Shown here piece by piece: positions 10,361 through 21,185 of a stretch of DNA of 64,000 nucleotides. The DNA is from Thermoplasmata archaeon. GTDB lineage: Archaea; Thermoplasmatota; Thermoplasmata; GCA-020350865. Below the pieces are notes generated by a model that saw only the letters and a list, made by a program, of their open reading frames with translations, searched no databases and was not told the origin of the DNA. Location: contig CP070751.1 in NCBI GenBank assembly GCA_020348445.1, positions 2,197,613 through 2,261,612 of the forward strand, read 5' to 3'. Position 1 is the stretch's first letter, and every line of letters begins with the position of its first letter. The translations under genes were made by a program, and so were the position numbers.

Positions 10361-11245
10361 TCAGCTCGTCTTAGAAAAATCACTGATAAGATCGATTACG
10401 ATCTCTCCTATGCGGCCCATGTTCTCGTATGTTTGGGCACCGAGATGTGGTATCAGAAGCACATTTTCAGCGCCCAGAAGTGGGGAGCCCTCTGGCGGCT
10501 CGGCATGATAGACATCAATTCCCGCGTATCTTACCTTCCCTGATTTCAGAGCCTCTGCCAGATCCCCATCAACAATGAGTTTTCCCCGTGCTGTGTTTAT
10601 TAACACGACACCATCCTTCATCTTTGCTATTGTATCCTTGTTGATAATTCCCTTTGTCTCATCTGTAATGGGAGTGTGAAGTGAGATAATATCTGATTGT
10701 GAAAGAAGCTCATTTAAGCTTACGATTTTTGCGTAATCAGATGGTTTGTCTGATTTTCTGTATGCGATCACGTTCATACCAAATGCCTGAGCCCTTTTTG
10801 CCACCTCGGTCCCAATCAACCCTATTCCTATAAGACCCAATGTCTTTTTGTAAAGCTCCTGCCCTTTTAACTGCTTTTTTATCCACTCGCCATTTTTGGT
10901 GGTATTGTGGGCCCTTACAATGTTTCTCTGAATTGCAAGCATCATTGCAAAGGCAAGCTCTGCAACTGCAATGGAAGATGCCTCGGGTGTGTTGTGAACC
11001 CTGATGCCCTTTGATTTGGCATATTCCACATCGATGTTGTCTATTCCCACACCACCTCTTATTATCATCTTAAGGTTCTTTGCCTCATCAATATATTCCT
11101 TTCTGGCCTTGGTTGCGCTTCTCACCAGAATGATATCTGCGTCCGTATACTCTTCTTTATTATCAGTGACTTCACCAAACTTCTTCAACTTATCTGGAAG
11201 ATCCTTTGAAAATGGATCCGATATTAATATCTTCATATTTTTCAC
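10361..11245 (-). CDS. serA: D-3-phosphoglycerate dehydrogenase-like hydroxyacid dehydrogenase, short form without ACT domain
   Basis: GVGIDNID, GLIGIGLIG, INTARG and PHLGA; overlaps the serC stop codon by 4 nt. Confidence 0.8.
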   Translation of the reverse strand: MKNMKILISDPFSKDLPDKLKKFGEVTDNKEEYTDADIILVRSATKARKEYIDEAKNLKMIIRGGVGIDNIDVEYAKSKGIRVHNTPEASSIAVAELAFAMMLAIQRNIVRAHNTTKNGEWIKKQLKGQELYKKTLGLIGIGLIGTEVAKRAQAFGMNVIAYRKSDKPSDYAKIVSLNELLSQSDIISLHTPITDETKGIINKDTIAKMKDGVVLINTARGKLIVDGDLAEALKSGKVRYAGIDVYHAEPPEGSPLLGAENVLLIPHLGAQTYENMGRIGEIVIDLISDFSKTS

Positions 11246-12333
11246 CCCTCTACCTTATTGTTTTCCTGAAATTCCTTTAAAAATTCAGCAAGTTTCTTTG
11301 CCCCCTCAACTGGCATTGCATTGTACATCGAGGCCCTCATGCCTCCAACTGACCTGTGGCCTTTAAGCCCGGTCAATCCCTGGGCTTTTGCCTCCTCTAT
11401 GCACTTTGCACCCAGCTCATCTGAAGGCAGCCTGAATGTCACGTTCATCAAGGAGCGCGAATCCAATTCGGCATGGCCTTTATAGTAACCATCTGATTCA
11501 TCAATTACCTTGTAGATCGCCTCAGCCTTCTGTTTGTTCCGATTCTCAGCACCTTCAATTCCACCGTTTTCCTTGAGCCATTCCATAACCAGCTTGCATA
11601 TGTATATTGGGAAACACGGAGGTGTGTTAAAGAGCGAATCTTTTTCGGCATGGGTCTTGTACTTGAGCATAGTGGGGAGCTCATCAGGGCCACTTTCAAT
11701 AAGATCCTCTCTTATGATCACGGCTGTAACTCCAGAAGGGCCCATGTTCTTTTGAGCTCCAGCATATATCAGGCCAAATTTCCCCACATCTATTTTTCTG
11801 GCCATGATATCAGAGGACATATCTGTAATCAGTGGGACATCGCCTGTATCAGGATAAGTTAGCCATTGGGTTCCGAAGATCGTATTGTTGGAAGTTATAT
11901 GCACATAAGATGCGCCCTGGCTGAATTTTATGTCCCTTGGAATATACGAGAAATTCTTGTCTTCTGAGGACGCAACGACGTTCACATTGCCAAGAAGCTT
12001 AGCCTCCTTTATTGCTTTCTTTGACCACGTTCCTGTATTTACATAGTCGGCACCTTGTTCAGATTTCATCAGGTTCTTGGGAATCATAAAAAACTGTGTT
12101 GATGCGCCTCCCGTAAGCCATAGGACCTTGTAGTTGTCTGGTATTCCGTAGACCTCTTTCATTAGTGAAGAAGCCTCTTTTATCACGTCATCAAATTCCT
12201 TTGCCCTGTGGCTTGTTTCCATAATTGATATGCCTGTGCCCTTGTAATCCAAAAGCTCGCTTTGTGCTTTCTCTAAAACCGGCAATGGTAATGTGGCCGG
12301 CCCAGCATTGAAATTATACACTCTCTTCACCAA
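11242..12333 (-). CDS. serC: Phosphoserine aminotransferase (bacterial-type SerC)
   Basis: YNFNAGPA, ETSHR, YAGAQKNMGPSG (PLP lysine), GHRSVGGMRASMYNA. Confidence 0.96.
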   Translation of the reverse strand: MVKRVYNFNAGPATLPLPVLEKAQSELLDYKGTGISIMETSHRAKEFDDVIKEASSLMKEVYGIPDNYKVLWLTGGASTQFFMIPKNLMKSEQGADYVNTGTWSKKAIKEAKLLGNVNVVASSEDKNFSYIPRDIKFSQGASYVHITSNNTIFGTQWLTYPDTGDVPLITDMSSDIMARKIDVGKFGLIYAGAQKNMGPSGVTAVIIREDLIESGPDELPTMLKYKTHAEKDSLFNTPPCFPIYICKLVMEWLKENGGIEGAENRNKQKAEAIYKVIDESDGYYKGHAELDSRSLMNVTFRLPSDELGAKCIEEAKAQGLTGLKGHRSVGGMRASMYNAMPVEGAKKLAEFLKEFQENNKVEG

Positions 12334-12448
12334 ATTTTCAACCTCCTATTTCGTTTTCTTACTCTCCCTTTTTTATTTCTCTTTCACCGAGTATTTATCT
12401 CTCGGTTTTCTACCTCCACCCGACCAAGAGGGAAAGCCCCTTGATCAT

Positions 12449-13801
12449 TTACAGTTTGTTTATCACGAACCCCGTATATACCTTGGGATAGAAAAAGGTT
12501 GACTTCTGTGGCATTGTCTCGTGATTGGTTGCCACGTCCTCAACCTCCTTAACCTTGGTGGGGTTCATGAAGAATACGGCCTGGTAGCCTTTTTCGTTGA
12601 CCTTGTACACTGACTCCGCAACGGCATCACCAATGGCCTTGATGTACTCCACGTACGAACCGCCCTCTATTGTTCCGCTGGCCACCTTTTCCTTGGTGAT
12701 ACCTAGGATGTCCTCTAGTATAAACTTGTGAAGTATGGTCACATCCAGGTTTTTCCAGGCCTCTGAATGATCCTGAATTTCATCCATTTTATTTACGTTT
12801 TCAAGAACCATTGAATAATATTTGCCATCATTGCAGTACAGTCCTAGGGCATGTTTTCCCTCGGTAAAATGCTCGTTTAATCTTTTGAACATGGCTTGCT
12901 GTGCTTCCTTATCAGATCCTGGTTCATATGGAAATTCCTCTATTGCAAAATCCTCAGAAAGATCAGAAATCAATTTCCCGCATTCAAAATTCTCAACACC
13001 CTGAATTAGCCTGTGTGTGGGCAGAATCACAAGTCCCTTGTTCATTGTATTTACAAAGGCCAACATCCTGTATTGGGCTGAGGTAAAATCAGGATTTTCC
13101 TGGCTGTATCTGAGCGCGGTTTTGTAACGGTGATGACCGTCTGCTATAATTATGTATTTTTTCTCCATGACATCCTGGATATTCTTGATTTCATTTTCAT
13201 CATCTATGGCCCAAAGCCTGTGGGTGATATTATCATCATCTGCAACCTCCATGAGAGGAGGTTCATTCATTTTGTTCTCCATTATGGAATCGATTGTCAT
13301 TGCTTCGTCTGAATAAATCGAGAATATCAGGCCGAAATTGGCCTTTGTGGCTGAAAGACAATTGAGCCTATCCTCGATGTCCTTGGGAAGTGTCTCCTCG
13401 TGCTGATGGACCCCATTACACACTCCGCCTTCCCCTGTGGTCGCACACATATTCTCAAGCTCAATGAGGGCGATAAAGCCAGATCGTGTCATCTTCTTTT
13501 TCGCAACCTCGAAGTCCTGGGCAAGAACATATATCGATGGTTTTTCCTCCTTCTTAAGTGCCCCCGATCCGATCCAGGTACCAAGTAATTTTGAGGCACG
13601 AATGTACTCATTGTTTTCCCTCGTGTCGCTTTCGAATTTCTCACCTTTTATCAAATGTGCCACATTGTATTGAGAACCTTCATGAAGTTTCTTTTGCAGT
13701 TCTTTGTTTATGACATCGTAAGGGGGAGAGACAACGAGCTTGAAATCACCTACCGTATTTTTATCGTATCTGTACCCTTGAAACGGAGCAACTTTTACCA
13801 T
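12449..13801 (-). CDS. DUF1015 family protein (ParB/Srx-like DGHHRY motif)
   Basis: PPYDVI, HEET, IADGHHRYKTA and MPQKSTFFYPKVYTG; adjacent to serC-serA. Confidence 0.9.
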   Translation of the reverse strand: MVKVAPFQGYRYDKNTVGDFKLVVSPPYDVINKELQKKLHEGSQYNVAHLIKGEKFESDTRENNEYIRASKLLGTWIGSGALKKEEKPSIYVLAQDFEVAKKKMTRSGFIALIELENMCATTGEGGVCNGVHQHEETLPKDIEDRLNCLSATKANFGLIFSIYSDEAMTIDSIMENKMNEPPLMEVADDDNITHRLWAIDDENEIKNIQDVMEKKYIIIADGHHRYKTALRYSQENPDFTSAQYRMLAFVNTMNKGLVILPTHRLIQGVENFECGKLISDLSEDFAIEEFPYEPGSDKEAQQAMFKRLNEHFTEGKHALGLYCNDGKYYSMVLENVNKMDEIQDHSEAWKNLDVTILHKFILEDILGITKEKVASGTIEGGSYVEYIKAIGDAVAESVYKVNEKGYQAVFFMNPTKVKEVEDVATNHETMPQKSTFFYPKVYTGFVINKL

Positions 13802-13868
13802 GGAGGGCCGATAATGAAATCTGTGGATAAATAATTTATGATATTTTCTGTGTTATTAAGAAGAAATA

Positions 13869-15323
13869 TCACCGTTTCCTAAAAGGCACAGCCAACAGGG
13901 TCAGCACAGGGAATATCTCCAGTCTTCCCACCCACATTTCAATTATCAAAACCACCTTCAGATGACCGGGCATCGCAGCGTTGGTGATGCCCGTACTTAA
14001 CCCAACATTCCCCTCAGCAGAGGCAACCTCAAAGAGGGAATCTGCTGCAGTGTAGGTCTCTGGCCCGTTTGCACCATAAAAACCTTCTGGTGCCTGGGTT
14101 GCCATGAAAACCAGGGCTCCAAGACAGAGCACCAAGATGTAAAGAATTGAGTAAAGAGTCGCAATACGGATTTCTTCCACAGGATAGGTGTTTCTTCCGA
14201 TTTTAAATGGGATTACAGCTTTTCTGGAGTACAGGAACTTCTTAACAACCCATGCCACTGCGTAAATTATGATGACCACCCGGATCATCTTCAATGCAGA
14301 TGATGTGGAGCCGTAACCTCCTCCTAGAACCATTAAAATGCTGAGGATGAATTTGGAGAAATCATCCCATTCTCTTATGGTGGCCGTGGAAAATCCAGTT
14401 CCTGTGAGGGCAGAGGCTGTCTGGAAAAAGGAATCCAGGCCACCCAGTCTTGTCATCAGTAAAATGCTAGCAAGGAATATAATCAGAAGGATGGCCTTGA
14501 CCTCGATTGTGAAGAATTCCTTGAAATTTCTTTTCAAAAGGTGCCTGTGGGAAGCAAAGGATATCCCACCTAAAATCATGAACGGAATGATGAAGGTCGC
14601 GATGTAACCAGGGTACGCCGCAATGCTGTCGTTGGTCACAGCAAAACCACCTGTAGCAAGGCATGTCATACTGACGTTAACTGCGTCAAAGGTTTTGCCC
14701 ACACCCATGAGAGCAATGAGGCCGATTATACACAAAACTGTGTACAATATATAAATTCCCCATATTCTTCTTGCCGTGCTTACGATGTTGGTGGCGATTC
14801 TATCGGTCCTTCCCTCTGCTTTATAAAGCTTTGCAGCAATTCCCGAGCTTCGAATCAAAATGGATAGAAACAGCACGATGACCCCAACTCCTCCGATCCA
14901 CTGTGTAAAAGATCGCCAGAATAATATGGCCCGCGGGAGGGATTCCACATCAGAGAACATGGTGAGTCCAGTTGCTGTAAATCCTGACATGGACTCAAAA
15001 AAGCCGTCCAGACCGGAGAGATATCCAGATAATGAGAAGGGCAGAGAGCCTACAAAGGTCAAAAGTAGCCAACCAAATGCGGCTATACTCAGAGCCTCAT
15101 CATAACCCAGTCTGGAAGGTTTCCCAAGGAGGATCATCGATAGAAAACCCAAAATCAATGAGAGACCACCCACAGAAAAGAAGATTACACTCAGGTCATA
15201 ATCAGAGTCCACATATGCCAAGAGGCCTGGGAGAAACAGGGCCATGCCCTCTATAACTAGTAGTACAGAGGAATAATACCAAATCTTTCCGAATTTAGTC
15301 TCACCAAGACCCAACGCCTTCAC
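13869..15323 (-). CDS. trkH: Trk potassium uptake membrane subunit
   Basis: FESMSGFTATGLT, QWIGGVG, TALTGTGFS, SAEGNVGLS and WVGRLEI pore motifs. Confidence 0.93.
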   Translation of the reverse strand: MKALGLGETKFGKIWYYSSVLLVIEGMALFLPGLLAYVDSDYDLSVIFFSVGGLSLILGFLSMILLGKPSRLGYDEALSIAAFGWLLLTFVGSLPFSLSGYLSGLDGFFESMSGFTATGLTMFSDVESLPRAILFWRSFTQWIGGVGVIVLFLSILIRSSGIAAKLYKAEGRTDRIATNIVSTARRIWGIYILYTVLCIIGLIALMGVGKTFDAVNVSMTCLATGGFAVTNDSIAAYPGYIATFIIPFMILGGISFASHRHLLKRNFKEFFTIEVKAILLIIFLASILLMTRLGGLDSFFQTASALTGTGFSTATIREWDDFSKFILSILMVLGGGYGSTSSALKMIRVVIIIYAVAWVVKKFLYSRKAVIPFKIGRNTYPVEEIRIATLYSILYILVLCLGALVFMATQAPEGFYGANGPETYTAADSLFEVASAEGNVGLSTGITNAAMPGHLKVVLIIEMWVGRLEIFPVLTLLAVPFRKR

Positions 15324-15413
15324 TTCCCATCCATATTCTCAAACTCGCCTCACAAAGCCAAAATAGGCTAGTTATATAATAATTTTATGGGTTTTATATA
15401 TGTAGAATTTACT

Positions 15414-16757
15414 TTAGAACAACTTCACCAGCTTAGGTATTGTATCAGTTCTTGCAAACACTATAAGGCTATCTCCCACGTTAACAACATCTTCGCCACC
15501 TGGAATGATAACGTTGCCGTTGCGCACTATCGCTCCCACCAGTGTGTTCTTGGGGAAATTGGTCCTTTTCAGCTTTTTACCAGCGATTTTTGACTGGGGA
15601 TTCACCTTGAGCTCCACGATTCTAGCCTCGCCCTTATGAAGGACACTCAAGGAAAGCATTTCAGCCCTATGGACATGCTGCAGAATTCCACTCACGGTGG
15701 CCAGTCTCGGAGCAATGGCTATATCGATACCAATGCCTTCGAGCATGTTCTTCAACTCAGGGCGGTCAACAAGTGCTATTGTCTTTTTAGCACCATACTG
15801 TTTAGCCAGTATACATGAGAGGATGTTGATCTCCTCTGAATTAGTGGTGGCGATGAATGCGTCCACATTGCCGATTCCTTCTTCCAACAGGACCTCATCA
15901 TCTGTCCCGCTTCCATGAATTACCAATGAGGAGAGCAGTCTCTCAGAGGCCATTTTGCATCTTGCTTCATCTTCGTCGATCAAAACGATGTTGACCTCCT
16001 TCTCCAAAAGTCGTGCGAGATGCATTCCTATCCTGGTTGCGCCGACAACCATTATCTTTTCGATCATATCCAGGCTCGTTGCCGATTCACCGGTTCCAAA
16101 AAGGCGTTTTATTTCGGGCATTCCCCGGGGATCACCCAAAGCCACAACGACCCTGTCCCCTGCTATTAACTTGTCGGTGCCCCTGGGTATGATCACCTCC
16201 TCCCTTCGAAATATGGCAACAAGATTGCATCGCGGCGGAAGAGGAATGTTTTTCAGAGCCCGATTATTTATTGCCGATTTTCTATTGACAGTGGACTCGA
16301 TTATTTGGATTTTTCCCCGGGCAAAAACATCTGTATCCAGAAGTGAGGGCATGGTGAGCATCCTGGCCATTTTGATGGCCGCCAAAAGTTCGGGGCATAC
16401 AGCAACATCTATTCCAAAAAAGGCGTACTTCTTGGTGGCGATGGGCTCGTCAATATAATCCAAGCTGTTTATCCTTGCAATGGTCTTGCACCCCTTGGTA
16501 TGTGCAATGCCGCAGGACAATAAATTGATCTCGTCAGAGCCTGTAACTCCTATGAAAATCTCGGCATTGGCAATTCCGGCTTCCTCCAGCTTTGCAAGGC
16601 TTGCTGCATTTCCACGGACAACGAGAGCGTCCAATGCTTCGGCTCTCTCACATGCTTTTGTATCAGTATCGATGATAGCAAGGTTGTAACCCTCATCGTA
16701 CAGGGAATGGGCAATATGCAAGCCAACCTCACCTGCACCGCCTATAACAGCGTACAT
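15414..16757 (-). CDS. trkA: Trk potassium uptake RCK subunit
   Basis: Two RCK-N/RCK-C pairs (IGGAGEVG; VVGATRIG); adjacent to trkH. Confidence 0.94.
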   Translation of the reverse strand: MYAVIGGAGEVGLHIAHSLYDEGYNLAIIDTDTKACERAEALDALVVRGNAASLAKLEEAGIANAEIFIGVTGSDEINLLSCGIAHTKGCKTIARINSLDYIDEPIATKKYAFFGIDVAVCPELLAAIKMARMLTMPSLLDTDVFARGKIQIIESTVNRKSAINNRALKNIPLPPRCNLVAIFRREEVIIPRGTDKLIAGDRVVVALGDPRGMPEIKRLFGTGESATSLDMIEKIMVVGATRIGMHLARLLEKEVNIVLIDEDEARCKMASERLLSSLVIHGSGTDDEVLLEEGIGNVDAFIATTNSEEINILSCILAKQYGAKKTIALVDRPELKNMLEGIGIDIAIAPRLATVSGILQHVHRAEMLSLSVLHKGEARIVELKVNPQSKIAGKKLKRTNFPKNTLVGAIVRNGNVIIPGGEDVVNVGDSLIVFARTDTIPKLVKLF

Positions 16758-16838
16758 GACATCGCTATAACATACCTTCTCAATTTAAATCTTTCGATTT
16801 CGAAAAAACCCGATTAAAGCCTGTTTTTCCCGGTTAAA

Positions 16839-18419
16839 TCAGGAGAAATCCATGATACTCACTTCACCTGTATGCAGGTTGAAAATGGGTATCTTCCCAG
16901 GATCAGGAACGAAATTGTGCATCTTCTGGTAGTTAGTTTGGGACTGCCAGCATGAGGCATTGATCAGAGTGATGCCGCGGTATTTCTTCAAACCTGTGGA
17001 ATGTCCGTGTCCAGTAACGAAGATATCGGGAATCCTATCAATTACCAGATAATCCTTATGCTCAGGGGCAATGGGTGTTCTGCCCCCGTATATTGGCACA
17101 AGGTGCCTTTTTTTGAGCATGTTTATCATGATCTTTATAGCCTGGCCATAGTCCAGGGATGGTAGCGCCTTGATAAAATCGTCCATGCTTCTCCCATGAT
17201 ATGCCAGGATCTCAACCCCGTGCAGGCTGAAATAGCAGGGATTTCCCGTAAAAATCACGTTCTGGGGAAAGAGATCTCTTATCTCCTGGGGAAATGTGGG
17301 CTGGGGTTCAGCTGGTCTCACTGCATCATGGTTGCCTGGCTGCATTATCACCTTGATATGCTCGGGAACCTGGGAAAGCAATCTTGCCAATTCCTCGTAC
17401 TGTCCATAGATATCGTCGATAGCCAGTTCTTCCTCCTGATCAGGATATATGCCTATACCATCCACGGTATCTCCAGGGACCACCAGATATCCCACTTTTT
17501 TGGCGACATCCCGCATTGTACCAGAATTTCCCTTTAACCATTCAAGGAAGTTTTCGAACTCCTCTTTTAAAAATGTTTTACTTCCCGCATGAATATCTGC
17601 GACAAAAGCCACGTATATATCCTCCTCTGAGCGGTTGGGATTTCTGTTCACTGTAACATCCGGTCTTACCAGCTCCTGGGCCAAGAGGAGTTGCCCGTCC
17701 CTTGTTTTGGAGCCTATTATCCCAATTACCTCATCAACAACTGTTGAATCACTGGCAAGCCCGCTGTCCTTGGTGAGAAGAACGTTTTGCGAATCGTTTT
17801 CATCCTCCAATATAATCATCTTATGTCCGTTTTTTGTTGTTCTTATATCACTGACCATTCCAATTATCTTAATGGTACCATCTGCTTTTTTCACCTTGGA
17901 AAGTTCCCGAACACCCACCATCTGCCGTTTCTCCTTTAATATTTTCCTCAAGGTCTTCAGTCTGTCATTGAAATAGAGCTTAAAATCACCGATTGTGCCT
18001 TCGCATGTGGAGTTGCCTGTGATATCCCTTAAGATTTTAATGTCGCCTGGTAGCTCGTGAACAGGGATTAGGGCCTTTTGTTTTTTTGTCACAACAGGGA
18101 GTTCTGCAAATCCCTCCAATTTCTTCTCCACTGATTCAAAATGAGTGATGGGTTTTATGGACTCATCAACTGCAATGGGCTTGAGTTTTGGTTTGGCTTC
18201 GGTTTTCTTTTGTTTTTCTCCCTCAGATGCGGCTTTCTTTGCGAGCTTTTCCACACTCTGGAGGTGCTCAACTGTTAGTATTAAAGGGGTGCAATCGATA
18301 TTGTTCAAAACGCCCTGGACAAACTGAATAGGCTCCCCTTTTGATAGCAAATATTCCATGGCCTCGGGGGCAATGAGTGTACCACTTTCTGCAAGGAAAT
18401 TTAAAATTCGCTCCCTCAT
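16839..18419 (-). CDS. polB: DNA polymerase D small subunit (DP1, proofreading exonuclease)
   Basis: OB fold plus metallophosphoesterase motifs ADIHAGS, PGDTVDGIGIYP, PGNHDA, YHGRS, GHGH. Confidence 0.95.
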   Translation of the reverse strand: MRERILNFLAESGTLIAPEAMEYLLSKGEPIQFVQGVLNNIDCTPLILTVEHLQSVEKLAKKAASEGEKQKKTEAKPKLKPIAVDESIKPITHFESVEKKLEGFAELPVVTKKQKALIPVHELPGDIKILRDITGNSTCEGTIGDFKLYFNDRLKTLRKILKEKRQMVGVRELSKVKKADGTIKIIGMVSDIRTTKNGHKMIILEDENDSQNVLLTKDSGLASDSTVVDEVIGIIGSKTRDGQLLLAQELVRPDVTVNRNPNRSEEDIYVAFVADIHAGSKTFLKEEFENFLEWLKGNSGTMRDVAKKVGYLVVPGDTVDGIGIYPDQEEELAIDDIYGQYEELARLLSQVPEHIKVIMQPGNHDAVRPAEPQPTFPQEIRDLFPQNVIFTGNPCYFSLHGVEILAYHGRSMDDFIKALPSLDYGQAIKIMINMLKKRHLVPIYGGRTPIAPEHKDYLVIDRIPDIFVTGHGHSTGLKKYRGITLINASCWQSQTNYQKMHNFVPDPGKIPIFNLHTGEVSIMDFS

Positions 18420-18486
18420 AATTATACTTATCGGCCATCCCTATTAAAAAGTTTTGGAGGATAAAAAAATAAAATGACTACTCGCC

Positions 18487-19074
18487 CTATTCCTCCTCTG
18501 TTGTCTCTTTTGGTATTTTATAGAAGATGTCAATTGTTAATGTATAGCCTATATTGAAACTTGAATAGTTCTCGACTCTGGCTGTCCAAGTTCCAGTGAC
18601 ATTGAGCTCATGCTCTTCGATTTTGGCAACCTCATTTGCAGCTTCAGTTCTCTGTTCTGAGACTACGTGTCCGTCTGCATCGTACACTATAAGTTCTAAA
18701 TCGGGTCTAGCACTGGGGGATCCTCCAGATACAGTTGCATTTACGTAGGCTTCATAGCCATTTTCTTTTACCTCAAAATCATGATTGTTATACTGTAATC
18801 CTTCAATTGAGGCCAGTCCCAAGGGTGAGGGTGCTATAAGCGAATCTGAGAATTCCTCACTCTCAAGTTCTAAAGTAAAATTACTGGCCGCTCCTTCCCC
18901 TTCCTCCCCTCCTTCTGATCCTGAAGTCATCCCCGTGACCTCTATGGCTCCGGCCCAATATGCGAAATCCAGTGCAAGAACAATTACTATCACTATCATT
19001 CCCGCAATACCCTTTTGCGTCTTTGGGGTTTTGAACCATTTGATAATATTATCCATCCAAGTCATTTCAATCAC
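18487..19074 (-). CDS. Membrane-anchored extracellular protein, possible PPC-like beta-sandwich
   Basis: Single N-terminal TM helix, then PDLELIVYDADG..GTWTARVENY. Confidence 0.65.
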   Translation of the reverse strand: MIEMTWMDNIIKWFKTPKTQKGIAGMIVIVIVLALDFAYWAGAIEVTGMTSGSEGGEEGEGAASNFTLELESEEFSDSLIAPSPLGLASIEGLQYNNHDFEVKENGYEAYVNATVSGGSPSARPDLELIVYDADGHVVSEQRTEAANEVAKIEEHELNVTGTWTARVENYSSFNIGYTLTIDIFYKIPKETTEEE

Positions 19075-19119
19075 TATAATTGACCGGGTCTATATTATAT
19101 TTTTCTACTTTTTACCGAA

Positions 19120-20124
19120 TTACCGCTTTAAAGGTATTATAAAGCCGCATTTATGACATTTTGCATCCTTTGCATAATGACTGCGAGTAGAGAATCCAAT
19201 TCTCTCTATCAGCATCTCGCCGCATTCAGGGCAGTATGTATTTTCGTAATCGCCGTGGGGTACGTTTCCGAGATAGATGAATCTAAGTCCTTCCTCCCCT
19301 GCGATCTCATAGGCCCTATTTAGGGTGGACATGGGCGTTGCTATTTGGTCGTGCATCTTGTAGTCAGGGTGAAATCTCGAAAAATGAACCGGGGTATTCT
19401 CGCCTAGATTATCCACCACCCACCTGCAGTAATCCCTTATCTCCTTTTCACTGTCATTTTTTGTTGGTATGATAAGATAGGTCAATTCCACAAGGATGTC
19501 CAGTTTCTTTGCCAAAATGCATGTATCCAAGACAGGTTGGAGTTTGGACTTGCAGACCTTTTTGTAGAAGTCGTTGTTAAAGGACTTGACATCTATGTTC
19601 ATGGCATCCAGGTAGGGACTTATCTTTTTTAGAGGCTCTGCTTCTATGAAACCGTTTGTCACATAGCATGTGTAGAGCCCTTCTTTTTTTGCCAATACAG
19701 AGGCATCGTATGTGAACTCGAACCATATCGTGGGCTCATTGTAGGTCCAAGCAATACCCTCGCATTTGTACCTTTTGGCTATGCTGATCACATCCTCTTT
19801 TTTCAGTCTCTGAAATCTCGTGCCCTCGATTTTGGCCTGGGAGATGCCGTAGTTCTGGCAGTGCTGACATTTGAAGTTGCACCCCACTGTGCCGAAAGAC
19901 AGGACATAGGACCCTGGAAAGAAGTGGAAAAGGGGCTTCTTTTCTATTGGATCGGGGGTAACTGATGTGGCAAGGCCGTATATCAAGGTGTTCAGCGTGC
20001 CTTTTTGGTTCTCCCTCACCCCGCATATTCCGCGTTTACCCTGGGATATGGTGCACCTATGGGGACATAAGGTGCACTCAATTTTGTTGTTTTCAAGCTT
20101 CTCCCAGAACATGGCCTCCTTCAT
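19120..20124 (-). CDS. amrS: AmmeMemoRadiSam-system radical SAM enzyme
   Basis: CTLCPHRC..GICGVR, DPIEKKPLFHF, CxxxCxxC (GCNFKCQHCQN), TYNEPT. ATG at 20124 overlaps the thiL TGA (ATGA). Confidence 0.9.
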   Translation of the reverse strand: MKEAMFWEKLENNKIECTLCPHRCTISQGKRGICGVRENQKGTLNTLIYGLATSVTPDPIEKKPLFHFFPGSYVLSFGTVGCNFKCQHCQNYGISQAKIEGTRFQRLKKEDVISIAKRYKCEGIAWTYNEPTIWFEFTYDASVLAKKEGLYTCYVTNGFIEAEPLKKISPYLDAMNIDVKSFNNDFYKKVCKSKLQPVLDTCILAKKLDILVELTYLIIPTKNDSEKEIRDYCRWVVDNLGENTPVHFSRFHPDYKMHDQIATPMSTLNRAYEIAGEEGLRFIYLGNVPHGDYENTYCPECGEMLIERIGFSTRSHYAKDAKCHKCGFIIPLKR

Positions 20125-21101
20125 GCTTTCCACCTGAAATGCTCATATCCCCTATATTCTAAGGTAGTAGATATTCCATCCTTTATAAGTATATTCTTAT
20201 TATCCTTTTTGACCTCGCCTATGGGTGTTAGTGTGGTTCCAATATCAGATAACACCTTCTGAGCATCTGCCACTTTGTCTTTCATCAAGGTAACTAAAAG
20301 TTCGTAATCGCCGCCCATATAAAGCACTGGTTCCTCCAAGGGAATATCCAACTTCTTGGAAATATCCTTTGCATTTGAGGATATGGGTATCTTATTAAAA
20401 TCTATATTAAATGTCACTTCATTTAAGCTGCTCAGCTGGTGAATTGAAGAGGCAAGGCCGTCGGAGATGTCCATGCAGGAAGTCACAACCTTTGTTTTCG
20501 AAAGAGCCATGCCCTCCTGGATTCTGGGATTTATTTCTAATAGATTCTTTATAACGTTTTCCTCATCGATATTATCTTTTAGGGCATGGAATGCAGCGCC
20601 AGCTTTACCCAGCTCCCCTGTCACAGCCACGATATCCCTGGGTTTGGCACCCTTTCTTTGCATGATTTCTGACTTTGGCACACTGCCAATTGCGCAGCCC
20701 GAAAGTGTAAGGCTCTTTGCCTCTTTTGTATCTCCTCCCAGGATACAGGTATCGTATTTAGAGGAGCAAGAGTCCATCCCTGATATGATGTTCCTCAGGG
20801 ATTCCTCTTCGAAATCTTTAGGCAATCCCAGAGCCACCACCATCCCCATTGGTCTTCCGCCCATGGAAGCAATATCTGAGAGATTTATTGCAACTAGGTG
20901 CCATCCAATCTGCCAGAAGGTGGCTTTTTCAGGGATGTGGGTATGCTGTGATATCATGTCAGTGGTTATCAAAAGATATCCATCACCGAACTCCACAACA
21001 GCGCAGTCATCCTTCATTTCTGCGGAGTCTATTGTCTTGAGAGCCAGAACATCACGTATTAATTCCTGAGCCTTTCTCTCCCCCAAATCCTTCAATTTCA
21101 C
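20121..21101 (-). CDS. thiL: Thiamine-monophosphate kinase
   Basis: DDCAV, NLSDIASMGG, GGDT, MDISDGL, GGDYELL, GYEHF. Confidence 0.95.
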   Translation of the reverse strand: MKLKDLGERKAQELIRDVLALKTIDSAEMKDDCAVVEFGDGYLLITTDMISQHTHIPEKATFWQIGWHLVAINLSDIASMGGRPMGMVVALGLPKDFEEESLRNIISGMDSCSSKYDTCILGGDTKEAKSLTLSGCAIGSVPKSEIMQRKGAKPRDIVAVTGELGKAGAAFHALKDNIDEENVIKNLLEINPRIQEGMALSKTKVVTSCMDISDGLASSIHQLSSLNEVTFNIDFNKIPISSNAKDISKKLDIPLEEPVLYMGGDYELLVTLMKDKVADAQKVLSDIGTTLTPIGEVKKDNKNILIKDGISTTLEYRGYEHFRWKA

Positions 21102-21185
21102 CTTGCTTCCCCCTTACTCACCACAATTTTACAGGACCCTGACGAAATGAAGGTACTTTTACAGAATCAATTTATACAGGTGGTT

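Noticed and set aside
12385-12406. ACCGAG/CTCGGT hairpin between DUF1015 and serC
   Set aside because: Only 6 bp, and followed by an A-rich rather than U-rich tract on the coding strand, so not called a terminator.
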